Assembly (NCBI GenBank): GCA_002269645.1
Contig: NIVC01000103.1
Span: 679,393 to 743,392, forward strand
Length of the DNA stretch: 64,000 bases
Direction: 5' to 3'
DNA from: Macrostomum lignano
Taxonomy: Eukaryota
Of the stretch, positions 1-12,730 are shown in pieces. Each line of letters starts with the position of its first letter. Within the stretch, counting starts at the first letter, position 1. The translations under genes and the position numbers were made by a program. The notes under the pieces were generated by a model. It searched no databases and was not told the origin of the DNA. It saw only the letters and a list, made by a program, of their open reading frames with translations.

Positions 1-114
1 CACGTAGAATCTTTGATGCATTTCTATGTCTCTAGATTCATTTACATCTCTATAGGTGTGTTTACAGTTTTCTCTAGTCGTTTTCTGTACATGTGCTTTC
101 AGTATCTTTAGTTA

Positions 115-332
115 GATTATGGACTTGCAGTGTCTGTAGATGTTCTTGCAGTGTCTAGATGCGTTGGCAGTGTCTGTAGATGTGCTTGCAGTGTCTGTAG
201 ATGTGCTGGCAGTGTCTGTAGATGTGCTGACAGTGTCTGTAGATGTGCTTGCAGTGTCTGTAGATGTGCTGGCAGTGTCTGTAGATGTGCTGGCAGTGTC
301 TGTAGATGTGCTGGCAATGTCTATAGATGTTC
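115..332. repeat. 21-bp minisatellite (GTGTCTGTAGATGTGCTGGCA) in DNPEP intron
   Basis: About 10 tandem copies; produces the CRCAGSV/PAHLQTL pseudo-ORFs. Confidence 0.92.
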
Positions 333-402
333 TCGCCTGTCTGGGTTCAAAGTGCCCGAGTACTCAGCATGCCGTACACAGCCGCCTTTTCGCCCACCCC
401 AG

Positions 403-1323
403 GTGCCCAGCCTGGCCATCCACCTGAACCGCACAGTGAATGACGAAGGTTTCGCCCCTAACAAAGAGAATCACCTGGCGCCAATCCTGTGCCGGAAGTT
501 GGCCGCCGACGCGTCAGGCGCCGGGACCGGAAGCGACACCTCGGCGCCGCCTCAGCGCCATCCAGTCGGCCTGTTGGCTCGCATCGCCGAAAAACTGGGC
601 TGCCAGCCTGCCGACATCCTAGACTGGGATTTGTACCTGGCCGACACCCAGCCGGCCGCTGTGACCGGTCTGAATGGTGATTTTGTCTCATCCCCAAGGC
701 TGGACAATCTGCTCAGCTGCTACTCGGCACTCACCGCACTGATTGAAGCTCCCGGACTCGAATCCGATCCGAACTGCCGAGTTGTGTGCCTGTACGATCA
801 CGAGGAGATCGGCAGCGAGTCGGCGCAGGGCGCCGGCAGCGCGCTCACCTTGCACTTTCTCAGACGGCTGAGCCAGGGTGCCGAGTTTGAAACTGCCGTG
901 CCAAAGTCGCTGCTGGTCTCAGCCGATGTTGCTCACGCTGTGCATCCCAACTATGAGGAGAAGCACGAGCGGAAGCACCGGCCCAGCCTATTTGGCGGTG
1001 TTGTGATCAAGGAGAATGCTAACCAGCGCTACGCCACCAACTGTTTGACCTCCTCGTTGCTGCGGGAATGCCTGCGACTGTCTGACCCGGCTGCTCAGCT
1101 GCAGGACTTTGTCATCCGGCAGGACATGGCCTGCGGCTCCACTATCGGGCCGATTCTAGCCGCTAAAGTTGGCCTGCCAACTATTGATGTTGGTTCGCCA
1201 ATATTCGGCATGCACAGCATCCGGGAGACTGGAGCGGCTGCTGCCCCTGGCCAGGGTGTGCAACTGTTCTCCGCCTTTTTCAAGCACTTCCCAGCTCTGC
1301 GGGAGGCTATGGAGACTCAGTGA
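403..1323 (+). CDS. DNPEP: Aspartyl aminopeptidase (peptidase M18), terminal coding exon; upstream exons lie outside the window
   Basis: M18 motifs LAIHLNR, SPRLDNL, DHEEIGS, SADVAHAVHPNY, CGSTIGP and GMHSIRE are all intact. Acceptor ccccag|GTG at 402/403 is in frame. Stop TGA at 1321-1323 and ATTAAA at 1359-1364. The ORF part 130-402 is intronic repeat. Confidence 0.93.
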   Translation: MPSLAIHLNRTVNDEGFAPNKENHLAPILCRKLAADASGAGTGSDTSAPPQRHPVGLLARIAEKLGCQPADILDWDLYLADTQPAAVTGLNGDFVSSPRLDNLLSCYSALTALIEAPGLESDPNCRVVCLYDHEEIGSESAQGAGSALTLHFLRRLSQGAEFETAVPKSLLVSADVAHAVHPNYEEKHERKHRPSLFGGVVIKENANQRYATNCLTSSLLRECLRLSDPAAQLQDFVIRQDMACGSTIGPILAAKVGLPTIDVGSPIFGMHSIRETGAAAAPGQGVQLFSAFFKHFPALREAMETQ

Positions 1324-1418
1324 AGGTTGCGTGGGCGATGACCAGATGCAAACTGAAAATTAAACTTGCGAATCATTTAATTATAATTGATTAGTAATAC
1401 TACTAGTATAGTACTATA

Positions 1419-1507
1419 TAGGGCTTGGCAAACTATTTTATCTGGCTCATGGCTACAAGTTAGATGAGAGCTAAGAAAGTAGTGGGCCGTGAGTTTGCCA
1501 ACCTCTG
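1419..1507. mobile_element. Short degenerate hAT-like MITE remnant
   Basis: tagggcttggcaaact...agtttgccaacctctg, 13/16 inverted match resembling CAGGG.TGGCAAACT-type hAT ends. No clear TSD. Confidence 0.35.
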
Positions 1508-2970
1508 GCCTATTTCAAATAGCTTTTGACCATAGACTAAACTTACAAGACACGGTCAACCATATTCAACTCGTACTTGGACGATTGTCTATGGCCAAAA
1601 CCGTGTATTTAGAGAGCGTCAATGAATTGAGATTTTGTATCTTGTGAGGATCTGTTTTTTTCAACCATAGGCGGTGTTTTGACCATAGACAAAAGTAGAA
1701 GCATCGGTTGAATAAAATGAAAATTGCTACCGGTTGCTATAATATAATGTTAATCAAGTGAGTTGTTCTCTTGTGTTAAATTGTTTCACAATTGATTTGA
1801 AATATCAATAATAATAAAAACGATGTTTGATTCACAATTTTTCTCTCGTTCTGCCTGTTGAACAACTTTTCAAAACGGTTTCGATTTGTTATTCTTACGG
1901 AAAAAATCGACGAATAAAGAAATTAAAACTGCTTTGTTTGCTTATAGAAATTGTTGATTTTTTGCTATAAAAATCTTTACTTTCTACTTGCACTAGTAGG
2001 CTATTGCATGCTAGTGGAAATTTTATGCCAGTTTAAGAGAATCGCTTCTCCAAGTAAAATCAGATTAAGGGATTAACCGTTTAGGCTTTCGGCTGCTAAT
2101 TGCCAGGCGTCCTGTCCCTGGCCTATTGAATTATGATTTCGGCAATTCGAGGTTGGTTCGATATTTTTACTGCGCTAAAACCCTGGAGTAGCAGTGGAGG
2201 TCATCTCGTCGACCTTTCTATTGACGCAATCAGCTTAAACTGATTACTGCGTTATACGCATGCTGTGCGCACGGCTGGTTAAGTGGTTAATTTTCGACAG
2301 TTTCTTTAAAGCAGAAATTGTTTTTCGCTGCAGCGTTGAGGTCAGGTCAGTTTTGTTTAGGTCATTGGGTCGTAAAACTAATGAGTCGAGCTGTGTCGGA
2401 CATCCACACAGAGGATCTAAAATTGATATGAATTCTAATTATCTAAACTAAAAGCTCTATGAATATCAATAGAGCTATATAAGAAAGGCTTCTAGAAAGC
2501 TATAGGAACCCTTCTACATGTAGATCTCTGATTAATGTAGAACAATTCAGTAAAAGATCGGAATTAATTACTAGTTACTACGATCGTATACTTGCTTGGC
2601 TTTTCCCGTCTGTCTATGTCTATGGGCAAGACCGAAAATCTACTGGCACTTTCAAATGAATTCTTAAATTGGTTGACAAAAGCAATTGAAGTTTTTGTTT
2701 TATTGTACCATGACCTTTGTGCCCGCTGGGCACTTATTCTTGCCTTTTAATGCCATAGACTACATTTAAGCCCGCTTGCAGGAAAGAAATATCGAAATTA
2801 GCGAGCAGTTAATGACATTTAAATGCACATTAGTGCATGCTAAATTTCAAGTATGATAATCATCACTACCCTAGATCAAATGCTATCATTGATTTTTTTT
2901 GACCTCCTAAAACATTACACGATCTTTGAGTTTTACGTCCTGTTATATACTATACAGAGGTCCTTGGTCC

Positions 2971-3272
2971 TAGGGGCGTCGCCACGGGGGGACAGGGAAA
3001 TGTGGAAATCAATAATTTTTCTTCAGGGCGTCAAAATATAGCGCCTGCGGCGCTAAAATGGTTCCTGCGGCGCCAAAATGAGTGCTTGTGAGGCTAAAAT
3101 GAGTGCTTTGAGGCGCTTAAATGAGTGCCTGTATGGATAGCCAAAATAGGCAGCTGACAACACCCGATTCTCAAAATAAGGGACATGTAGAATTTAGTCA
3201 TGTACTTGTACATGTACATGTAGAATTCTTGCTTTTGTCCCCCCACCAAAAAACCCATGGCGACGCCCCTTG
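2971..3272. mobile_element. hAT-like MITE (~300 bp)
   Basis: 13-bp TIRs AGGGGCGTCGCCA (2972-2984) and TGGCGACGCCCCT (3258-3270). Subterminal ggggggac/gtcccccc. Flanks CTTGGTCC (2963-2970) and CTTGGTTC (3273-3280) form an 8-bp TSD with one mismatch. Short internal direct repeats. Confidence 0.7.
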
Positions 3273-4289
3273 CTTGGTTCACAGATCTCAAGTTGCTTTG
3301 TCAAGCGTAGCCAAGCTTCCAGTTTTTCCTAATTGAATTTTTATCAAACGCATTCAACTTATTAAAGACATCTACTCGTAGCTGATTCAAGTTTGATCAC
3401 TGTTTGGAAGACGCCATCATTTTGAGAGAGCGATTACGCGCGGGAGTCAGTCAATCCATGCTCTCTCTCTCTCTCTCTCTCAAGCCTGTCTGTCCACTTG
3501 TGTCCCACCAATACTCCACCCCACCCCCTTGTTGCTCTCCTTGTAGCAGCAATTGAATTTGCTTCCACAAGCTCTGCGCGTTTCTGTCGATCAGGCAGAG
3601 CACTCTCCGCTCCGCTTCAGTTGACTTTGGTCGAAGAAGAAAAGTCTGAATGAAGCTTAGCTGCTTTTTCTGCTTCTATACAAGTTCTCTCGCTCTCTCT
3701 CTCTCTCGCTCTGAGAAGCTGAAATTATTGCAACGCCTCCTCCTCATTGCTGCCAAAATTGCTGCTCCAGCATGAAGAGAAATTGGAGACAGAGCACAGG
3801 AAGACTGAATAGGTTGGTCCTTCTCTGCCGGACAAGTGAGGGAACAGAGGCTAGTGAGGCTGCGGTCCTCTCAGCTCCTCTCTCTTATAAGGCCCGCCTG
3901 CTTTGAGAGTGACTCGTAGTAGCCATCATGCACTCGCAGCAATAGATCGAGTGAGGCGCTTTTTCAAAGAGTTCAATTAATTCTGAGAGAAAGCTGCTGA
4001 CTTTTACATGTATACATTTAGTTTGTATTCGCGTGTATTATAGGCAGTCAGATCGGGGCCGCTGTACACTACACGTACCCTGTGTGAGCGTGTCTGTGTA
4101 AAGTATTGGGGCGCTTGTATGTGCTCAAAATTCAGTGGAATGGGCAGAATTTTGAGTTCAGTGGGCATGTCGGAACTGCGTGAGTACATGCAAGTACTCT
4201 TAGATCCAAATCCAACTATATTGATGCTGTTTTGTAAAAACTTTCAACAAAGAGCGAATAGCTCGAAGGGATTAATTAGAATTGCCCTA

Positions 4290-5250
4290 ATTTCTGATTT
4301 CCTTATAAGAATCGCCCTTCCTTAACTCCCTAATAAGAATATCACGCTTCCTTAATCTCCTAATGAGAATATCGCCCTTCCTTATAGATAATAATTAGGA
4401 ATCGCCCTTCTTAATTCCCAAAAAATGATCGCCCTTCCTTAATTCCCTAGCAAGAATCGCCCTTCTTAATTCCCAAAAAAGAATCGCCCTTCCTTAATTC
4501 CCTAGCAAGAATCGCCCTTCCTAATTTTATAATAAGAATCGCCCTTCCTAATTTCATAATAAGAATCGCCCTTCCTTAATTCCCTAGCAAGAATCGCCCT
4601 TCCTAATTTTATAATAAGAATCGCCCTTCCTAATTTCATAATAAGAATCGCCCTTCCTTAATTCCCTAGTAAGAATCGCCCTTCCTTAATTCCCTAATAA
4701 GAATCGCCCTCCCTTAATTCCCTAATAAGAATCGCCCTTCCTTAATTCCCTAATAAAAATCGCCTTTCTTTAATTCCCTAATAAGAATCGCCCTTCCTTA
4801 ATTCCCTAATAAGAATCGCCCTTCCTAATTTCATAACAAGAATCGTCCTTCCTAATTTCATAATAAGAATCGCCCTTTCTAATTATCTAATAAGAATCGC
4901 CCTTTCTAATTCTCTAGTAAGAATCGCCCTTTCTAATTCTCTAGTAAGAATCGCTCTTCCTTAACTCCCTAATAAGAATATCACGCTTCCTTAATCTCCT
5001 AATGAGAATATCGTCCTTATAGATAATAATTAGGAATCGCCCTTCCTAATTTCATAATAAGAATCGCCCTTCCTTAATTCCCTAATAAGAATCGCCCTTC
5101 CTTAATTCCCTAGTAAGAATCGCCCTTCCTTAATTCCCTAGTAAGAATCACCCTTCCTAATTTTATAATAAGAATCGCCCTTCCTCTAATTCCCTAATAA
5201 GAATCGAATCGCCCTTCCTAATCCCTGATGAGAATCACATTCTTAATTCC
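4290..5250. repeat. 27-28-bp minisatellite (AATAAGAATCGCCCTTCCTTAATTCCCT)
   Basis: Tandem copies read directly. Confidence 0.93.
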
Positions 5251-6714
5251 TTACTTTCAAACCCAAAGTTTCAAGTGAATAAACTTTCTGTATAGATTAG
5301 ATCTCCCTAATGGGCCTGCACTTTGGAATGATGGACTGAGAGAAAACTGGCGACTCTTAATAACGTCCGTTGAAATTCAACGCAAGCGGACCATCTCTAG
5401 TGTCGGGGGGGGGGGGGGGTTCATGGGCTGCTGGCCCAGCTGGGGAAAAAAGTATTTTTTTGCGCGATTTTTTTCAAAATGCAAAAATAACTAAAATTGA
5501 CAGCAGAGGATCAATAAACTCACTCCTAGCCTTTATCCCTCTTCCCAGTACCCCATTGTCTTTCTATACGTCCAACGCGCGCGGATGCCAAAAAAGTCGC
5601 CTATGTTACCTTCTCCCCACGCCCTCAGTTATTGTTCTCAAACTCCAATGCAATTGCTGGGAAGGGCGGGAGAGCGAGAGACAGAGACAAAGTGCAGACT
5701 ATGATGGGACTTCATTTTTATTCCTGCAAGCTACAGCGCATCGTTTCTCTCTTTTACTTTAGGGATCCGTGCATCAGTGCGTGAAGCTTGGGATGCTAGT
5801 GGATTATGGCATCAGACTAAATGACGCATTTTATTAACCAGTTAGAGATTACGGGGCGTATTAGCGGCGAATATAGTTGCTATGCGAGCGAGTAAACACT
5901 GCATCTACGTGCTGGCACCTGGAACCTGGAACCTTCAACATGTCAGATGTAGGGGGACCCTTTATTAGCACCAGTAATATTGTGCCAAAAGACCCCGATA
6001 TTACAACATCTCCCTCAATAGAATGATTCTTATCGTCTATACTCGACATATCCAGCTCCAAAAAACTATGGGGATATTTGAAATGTCGAGACTTCCCTAT
6101 GCCCCAATGATGTAGACTAACGACTTCTTGTTGCTAAGTTGTCAAATATCACAATATCAGATCTGTGTGTTTTTTCCCCATTTAACCACTTCTTTGTCTA
6201 TACTCGTAAAATAGGCACGCTTCTATGATTGATGTTGTTCTCTACTAACGTAGGCTCTAATTTCTTCTAAAAGAAGATATTGTTGACAAGAGACACGAGA
6301 GAGAGAGAGAGATTGGGGGGGAGGGCAGACCCAGGACTTCCGGGGACGTTTTGATGGTTCTTGATTCTTCAACTTCAAGTCTCATTGTGTTCTCGATTTT
6401 TTTCTTCTCACTGAGAGTCGAGACTCAAGAGAGAGTTACGCAATCGCCCCCCTTCACGGCTGCCCTAGTTGAGCTGGCTTTGAGCACAGTTAGAGAAGAG
6501 GGTAATAGAAAGTTAGCGGTTTTATAACTGGGGATCTTTTTATCGCAATACAAAAATTCCCCTCTTCACTTTCTATCTGTGTGTCCGCTGTCCAATTGCA
6601 ATTTTATATCGGCAACGATATTCCTTGTTACAGTGGTTATGAGCCATGAGGATAGGACCAGTGGGCTTATGTAACACTTTATGACCCTGTTGTATTGTAT
6701 TCACTTACTATTTT

Positions 6715-7200
6715 ACTGTCTCTGTCTCCCTCCCTTTCTCTTTCTCTTCCTCTCTCCCTGCCTCTCTCCCTTCATCCCTGTCTCTCTCCCTTCCTCTCTC
6801 TGCATCTCTCCCTGCCTCACTCTCTGTCTTTCTCCCTGCCTCTCTGCTTTCCACTCTCCCTGCCTCTCTCCCTGTCTTTCTCTCTGCCTCTCTCCCTGTC
6901 TTTCTCCCTTCCTCTCTGCTTTCCACTCTCCCTGCCTCTCTCCCTGCCTCTCTCCCTGTCTTTCTCCCTGCCTCTCTCCCTGTCTTTCTCCCTTCCTCTC
7001 TCCCTTCCTCTCTCCCTTCCTCTCTCCCTTCCTCTCTCCCTGCCTCTCTCCCTGCCTTTCACCCTGCCTTTTTCCTTTCCTCTCTCTCTTCCTCTCTCCC
7101 TACCTTTCTCCCTGCCTCTCTCCCTTCCTCTCTCCCTGCCTCTCTCCCTGCCTCTCTCCCTGCCTCTCTCTCTTCCTTTCTCTCTCTCCCTTCTCTCTTA
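6715..7200. repeat. 12-bp CT-rich repeat (CTCTCTCCCTGC)
   Basis: Tandem copies; source of the LSPC/SLPL ORFs. Confidence 0.92.
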
Positions 7201-7997
7201 TAAATAGAAAAAGTATTCGCCGGAGGGCTGTGCGGGCACCCTGCTGGCAACAACGCCTTCAGCGACATGGTCCCGCAACCAAAGCGCAACTCTGCCCAAT
7301 CCGCAGACTCCTGACCACATGCAAGCTCTCCAAAACTGTACACAGGCACGCAGTCATACACACGCTCACGTAGGGTGCACAGCGGGCCTCTGACTTTCTA
7401 ATCGTCAGGCAATGTACACTCTGTGTCTTGGGCGTTGATCTTTCTAATTCCCTGCTCTCCGTCTTTGATAGTTATCAAAAAATCACATTTTGAATCAATA
7501 TTCTTCCTCATTCGACGTCGCACTTTGCCAGCCGGAAACTTTTCTGTCCCTCGTGGGGTGGGCATGAAAACTCGCGCATTAAGCATAATAATTGCTGAGC
7601 CAATAGCGCCGCACTCTTCCCTACAAGCATGCAGCCGCGGATTCTTGGCTTCCAACTCTGCTTCTGCAAGACGGATCTCGAGGCCCAGCAGCAATCGCCT
7701 GGGTCATGGGATTCAATCAAGATCGCCCGCCACGATAGCAACGGCTTGGCTGCCGCGTGGCGCCTGTGTGTTTTGAGCTCTAGAAATAATGAGTTTTGGG
7801 GAGACCCGATTCTCCCGGAAGCTTTCTAGCTGCAGATGCAGATCTGAGTGTCGTTTATTTTATCCCACAGCTCCCCGCAGATACTTCGGTCCCCAACAAG
7901 TCTTCTGGCTCGAATATTTGGTTAGCATTGAAGCTAAACTGCTGTAGCTAAATATTGGCCTGATATATGATACTCAGTCTATAGATCCCCACCGCCG

Positions 7998-10245
7998 GCC
8001 TCCCAGATCCTCGGTTGCTGGTCCAGCCTCCCAGAGTGTCAGTTGCTAGGCAACAACCAGCCTACCAGATCCTCAGTTGCTGGGCCAGCCTCCCAGAGTG
8101 TCAGTTGCTGGGCAACAACCAGCCTACCAGATCCTCAGTTGCTGGGCCAGCCTCCCAGATCCTCAGTTGCTGGGCCAGCCTCCCAGAGTGTCAGTTGCTG
8201 GGCTAGCCTCCCAGATCCTCTGTTTTTGGGCCAGTCTCCCAGAGTGTCAGTTGCTGGGCCAGCCTCCCAGAGTGTCAGTTGCTGGGCCAGCCTCCCAGAT
8301 CCTCAGTTGCTGGGCCACCCTCCTAGATCCTCAGTTGCTGGGCCAGCCTCCTAGATCCTCAGTTGCTGGGCCAGCCTCCCAAATTCCCAGTTGCTGGGCC
8401 AGCCTCCCAGAGTGTTCGTTGCTGGGCCAGCCTCCCAGATCCTCTGTTTTTGGGCCAGTCTCCCAGAGTGTCAGTTGCTGGGCCACCAGCCTCCCAGATC
8501 CTCAGTTGCTGGGCCAGCCTCCCAGATCCTCAGTTGCTGGGCCAGCCTCCTAGATCCTCAGTTGCTGGGCCAGCCTCCCAGAGTGTCAGTTGCTGGGCCA
8601 GCCTCCCAGATCCTCTGTTTTTGGGCCAGTCTCCCAGAGTGTCAGTTGCTGGGCCAGCCTCCCAGAGTGTCAGTTGCTGGGCCAGCCTCCCAGATCCTCA
8701 GTTGCTGGGCCAGCCTCCTAGATCCTCAGTTGCTGGGCCAGCCTCCTAGATCCTCAGTTGCTGGGCCAGCCTCCCAAATTCCCAGTTGCTGGGCCAGCCT
8801 CCCAGATCCTCAGTTGCTGGGCCAGCCTCCCAGATCCTCAGTTGCTGGGCCAGCCTCCTAGATCCTCAGTTGCTGGGCCAGCCTCCTAGATCCTCAGTTG
8901 CTGGGCCAGCCTCCCAAATTCCCAGTTGCTGGGCCAGCCTCCCAGATCCTCAGTTGCTGGGCCAGCCTCCCAGATCCTCTGTTTTTGGGCCAGTCTCCCA
9001 GAGTGTCAGTTGCTGGGCCACCAGCCTCCCAGATCCTCAGTTGCTGGGCCAGCCTCCCAGATCCTCAGTTGCTGGGCCAGCCTCCTAGATCCTCAGTTGC
9101 TGGGCCAGCCTCCCAGATCCTCAGTTGCTGGGCCACCAGCCTCCCAGATCCTCAGTTGCTGGGCCAGCCTCCTAGATCCTCAGTTGCTGGGCCACCAGCC
9201 TCCCAGATCCTCAGTTGCTGGGCCAGCCTCCCAGATCCTCAGTTGATGGGCCAGCCTCCCAGATCCTCTGTTTTTGGGCCAGTCTCCCAGAGTGTCAGTT
9301 GCTGGGCCAGCCTCCTAGATCCTCAGTTGCTGGGCCAGCCTCCCAGATCCTCAGTTGCTGGGCCACCAGCCTCCCAGATCCTCAGTTGCTGGGCCAGCCT
9401 CCCAGATCCTCAGTTGCTGGGCCAGCCTCCCAGATCCTCAGTTGCTGGGCCAGCCTCCCAGATCCTCAGTTGCTGGGCCACCAGCCTCCCAAATCCCCAG
9501 TTGCTGAGTCAGCCTCCCAGATCCTCAGTTGCTGGGCCACCAGCCTCCCAGATCCTCAGTTGCTGGGCCAGCCTCCCAGATCCTCAGTTGCTGGGCCAGC
9601 CTCCCAGATCCTCAGTTGCTGGGCCAGCCTCCTAGATCCTCAGTTGCTGGGCCAGCCTCCTAGATCCTCAGTTGCTGGGCCAGCCTCCCAAATTCCCAGT
9701 TGCTGGGCCAGCCTCCCAGAGTGTTCGTTGCTGGGCCAGCCTCCCAGATCCTCTGTTTTTGGGCCAGTCTCCCAGAGTGTCAGTTGCTGGGCCACCAGCC
9801 TCCCAGATCCTCAGTTGCTGGGCCAGCCTCCCAGATCCTCAGTTGCTGGGCCAGCCTCCCAGATCCTCAGTTGCTGGGCCAGCCTCCCAGATCCTCAGTT
9901 GCTGGGCCACCAGCCTCCCAAATCCCCAGTTGCTGAGTCAGCCTCCCAGATCCTCAGTTGCTGGGCCACCAGCCTCCCAGATCCTCAGTTGCTGGGCCAG
10001 CCTCCCAGATCCTCAGTTGATGGGCCAGCCTCCCAGATCCTCAGTTGCTGGGCCACCAGCCTCCCAGATCCTCAGTTGCTGGGCCACCAGCCTCCCGGAT
10101 CCTCAGTTGATGGGCCAGCCTCCCAGATCCTCAGTTGCTGGGCCACCAGCCTCCCGGATCCTCAGTTGCTGGGTCACCAGCCTCCCAGATCCTCAGTTGC
10201 TGGGCCACCAGCCTCCCAGATCCTCAGTTGCTGGGCCAGCCTCCA
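7998..10245. repeat. 28-bp minisatellite (CCTCCCAGATCCTCAGTTGCTGGGCCAG) with 31-32-bp variants and higher-order blocks
   Basis: 2.2-kb array. Overlapping ORFs in all three + frames come from a unit with no stop codon. Confidence 0.95.
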
Positions 10246-11010
10246 AAAACCATCCATTTTTTAGGCAGCAGGCATAACTTACTGTTCAACTTTAGGCTCC
10301 AGTTTAAATTTCACTTTCACTAACTAACCAGTCCATTTTCTTTCAACATCATCAAATTTCCATTCTTAGAAATTCCTCGAAGCAACATGGCGGAACTGAT
10401 CCCCGTACCCGGTGCTAAATCCAGCAAGGTCACGTAATCTCTACTTGACCCCAAGAAGCTGAAATGCAGGTTTTCTCCATCATATTCGTATCAATTGTTG
10501 CCTGGGTCAGGGGCTGAGTGCAAATCAGACAAATCAGCCTCCCTACCTTCGGTCTTCTTTCCTATCTTATTCGTTTTTTTCGCTTGGCACTTCGATTTTG
10601 AAAAGCGGCATTTTGGACCAACAGAAAAACTTCGATGCTTCCGCGAACCCGTGTTTTCTTTCCGCCATTTTCCCTCTCAGAAATCCCCCCCAATCTCCTT
10701 CTCGCTCACTTCCCGCGACCCCCTGCAGCGCTAATGATGATGGCCGAACAGAAGATTGCTGTCTGAAAGTCTGAAAGCCTCTCTTGCTTGTCTTGTCTTC
10801 TTGTGTCGGGTGCCAAAGCAGATCCCAGAAAGGTGTACGAGTTTCCTTAGAAAACTTTCCACGATTTTTAAAAGCCTGTTTTTTCCTTGCTGTTGTCGAA
10901 ATTGCTTTGGCCATCTTGATCTTGACTGGCAGATATGCTCTGCGTTGGTTGCCAGGGCGATGTTGATACAACATTTTTGGCGAGTATTAGAACTCTAGAT
11001 GGGAATTGAG

Positions 11011-11420
11011 GATTGCTAATCTATTCAATCGTTGATTGTGAATAAAATAGAATGGATTGCTAATCTATTCAATCGTTGATTATGAATAAAATAGGATGGA
11101 TTGCTAATCTATTCAATCGTTGATTATGAATAAAATAGGATGGATTGCTAATCTATTCAATCGTTGATTATGAATAAAATAGGATGGATTGCTAATCTAT
11201 TCAATCGTTGATTGTGAATAAAATAGGATGGATTGCTAATCTATTCAATCGTTGATTATGAATAAAATAGGATGGATTGCTAATCTATTCAATCGTTGAT
11301 TGTGAATAAAATAGGATGGATTGCTAATCTATTCAATTGTTGATTATGAATAAAATACAATGGATTGCTAATCTATTCAATCGTTGATTATGAATAAAAA
11401 AGAATGGATTGCTAATCTAG
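11011..11420. repeat. 44-bp minisatellite (GATTGCTAATCTATTCAATCGTTGATTATGAATAAAATAGGATG)
   Basis: 9 full copies plus a partial at exact 44-bp period; no spacers. Confidence 0.95.
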
Positions 11421-12169
11421 CTTATAGGTAAAAGAATCGAATGGGTTGCTAGTCTAACCTAACACTAAGACGTACCGTAAATCTTCATTGTAAAAAATTT
11501 AGTCAAGAATTAGTTATTACACTTTTTTCGAGTCAAATTTCACGTTTTGCCGAAGTACAACGCGGAACACGACTCTCACATTAGCCTCAAGTCTCCGCAG
11601 TGCAAAGTCATTTTGGCTTCCAGCAGCTGCCGCATCTGCATCTCCTGCCCCCCCCCCCCAACCCTTCATTTTAACTGTCTACCCCAGTAATCCAGTCTGT
11701 ATTCCCATATTTTAGGATCCATTACAACACTGATCCCCTCTAAGCTCCTCTCACACCAGGCGACAATAATTAGTCACCTGGAAGGGGAACTGAGGCGCAA
11801 CCGTCGCCCGCCATCCACTAAGTGACCCAGCTAGGAAATGGCACCAAACCGCTGCCCCCCCCCCTGTAGCTGTGGCGGCAGCTTTTAACGATGCCCAGCA
11901 AAAAGTCTCCAAAAGCAAAAACTGCAGACTTTCAGCTCTGTGTCACCATTTGACTTAACGGGTATTGATATGGCTCTGGTGTATGCCAGAACATAACTTG
12001 GACATAACAGTTTCTATACACGAGAGCCAGTTAAATAAAATGCTTCGCAAGGCGTTTGTTGCGTAAAATTTACAATTGTGCGCCTGATGGAGCCTATTGG
12101 CAATGCTACTTTATGTGTCTTGTGACTGGAATGAGCCTTTGTTTGGTAAACTTGTGAACAGCGCGCTTC

Positions 12170-12730
12170 CCTGATAGCACCCTCCTAAGGGCGCTTCTGT
12201 AATGGCACTTCCTGATGGCGCCTCCTAATTTCACCCTCCTGATGGCGCCCTGATGGCGCCTCTTAATGGCGCCTCCTGATGGCGCATCCTAATGGCGCCT
12301 CCTGATGGCGCTTCCCCAGTGGCGCCTCCAAATGGTGCCTCCTGATGGCGCCTCCTAATGGCGCCTCTTAATGGCGCTTCCTGATGGCGCCTCCTAATGG
12401 CGCCTCTTAATGGCGCCTCTTAATGGCGCTTCCTGATGCCGCCCTCCTAATGGCACTTCTTTAATGGCACCTTCTGATGGCGCCCCTGATGGCGCCCTCC
12501 TAATGGCGCCTACCGATGGCGCCTTCTGATGGCGCACTCCTAATTTCGCCCTCCTGATCGCGCCTCCTAATGGCGCCTCTTAATGGCGCTTCCTGATGGC
12601 GCCTCCAAATGGCGTCTCCCAAGGCGCCTTCCGATGGTGATTACCAATGGCGCCCTCTTAGTGGCGCTTCCTAATGGCGCCTCCTAATGATGCTTCCCGA
12701 TGGCCAGTGACGCTTCCAAATGGCGCCACC
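12170..12730. repeat. ~14-bp degenerate minisatellite (CTRATGGCGCCTCY)
   Basis: Recurrent atggcgcc core. Confidence 0.88.

Noticed and set aside
130-402. Cys-rich N-terminal extension of the 397-aa aminopeptidase ORF
   Set aside because: It is the 21-bp intronic repeat read in frame. M18 similarity starts at the acceptor at 403.
3400-4000. Possible promoter or non-coding exon with GA repeats and TATA-like ttataag
   Set aside because: No linked coding exon could be identified, so a functional call is not supportable from sequence alone.
5881-5970. LINE APE endonuclease start (LAPGTWNLQHV)
   Set aside because: The frame stops within ~12 codons and no further endonuclease or RT motifs follow.
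7340-7405. Helitron 3' end
   Set aside because: The GC hairpin is weak, the terminus is CTAA rather than CTAG, and no 5' TC end or Rep/helicase was found.
8015-10323. Multiple long ORFs (up to 349 aa) with PDPQLLGQPP repeats
   Set aside because: The 28-bp unit has no stop in any + frame, so ORFs appear in all frames. There are no splice signals or unique coding flanks.
11011-11420. CRISPR-like array of partly palindromic 44-bp repeats
   Set aside because: Units are head-to-tail with no unique spacers, there are no cas genes, and the context is eukaryotic.
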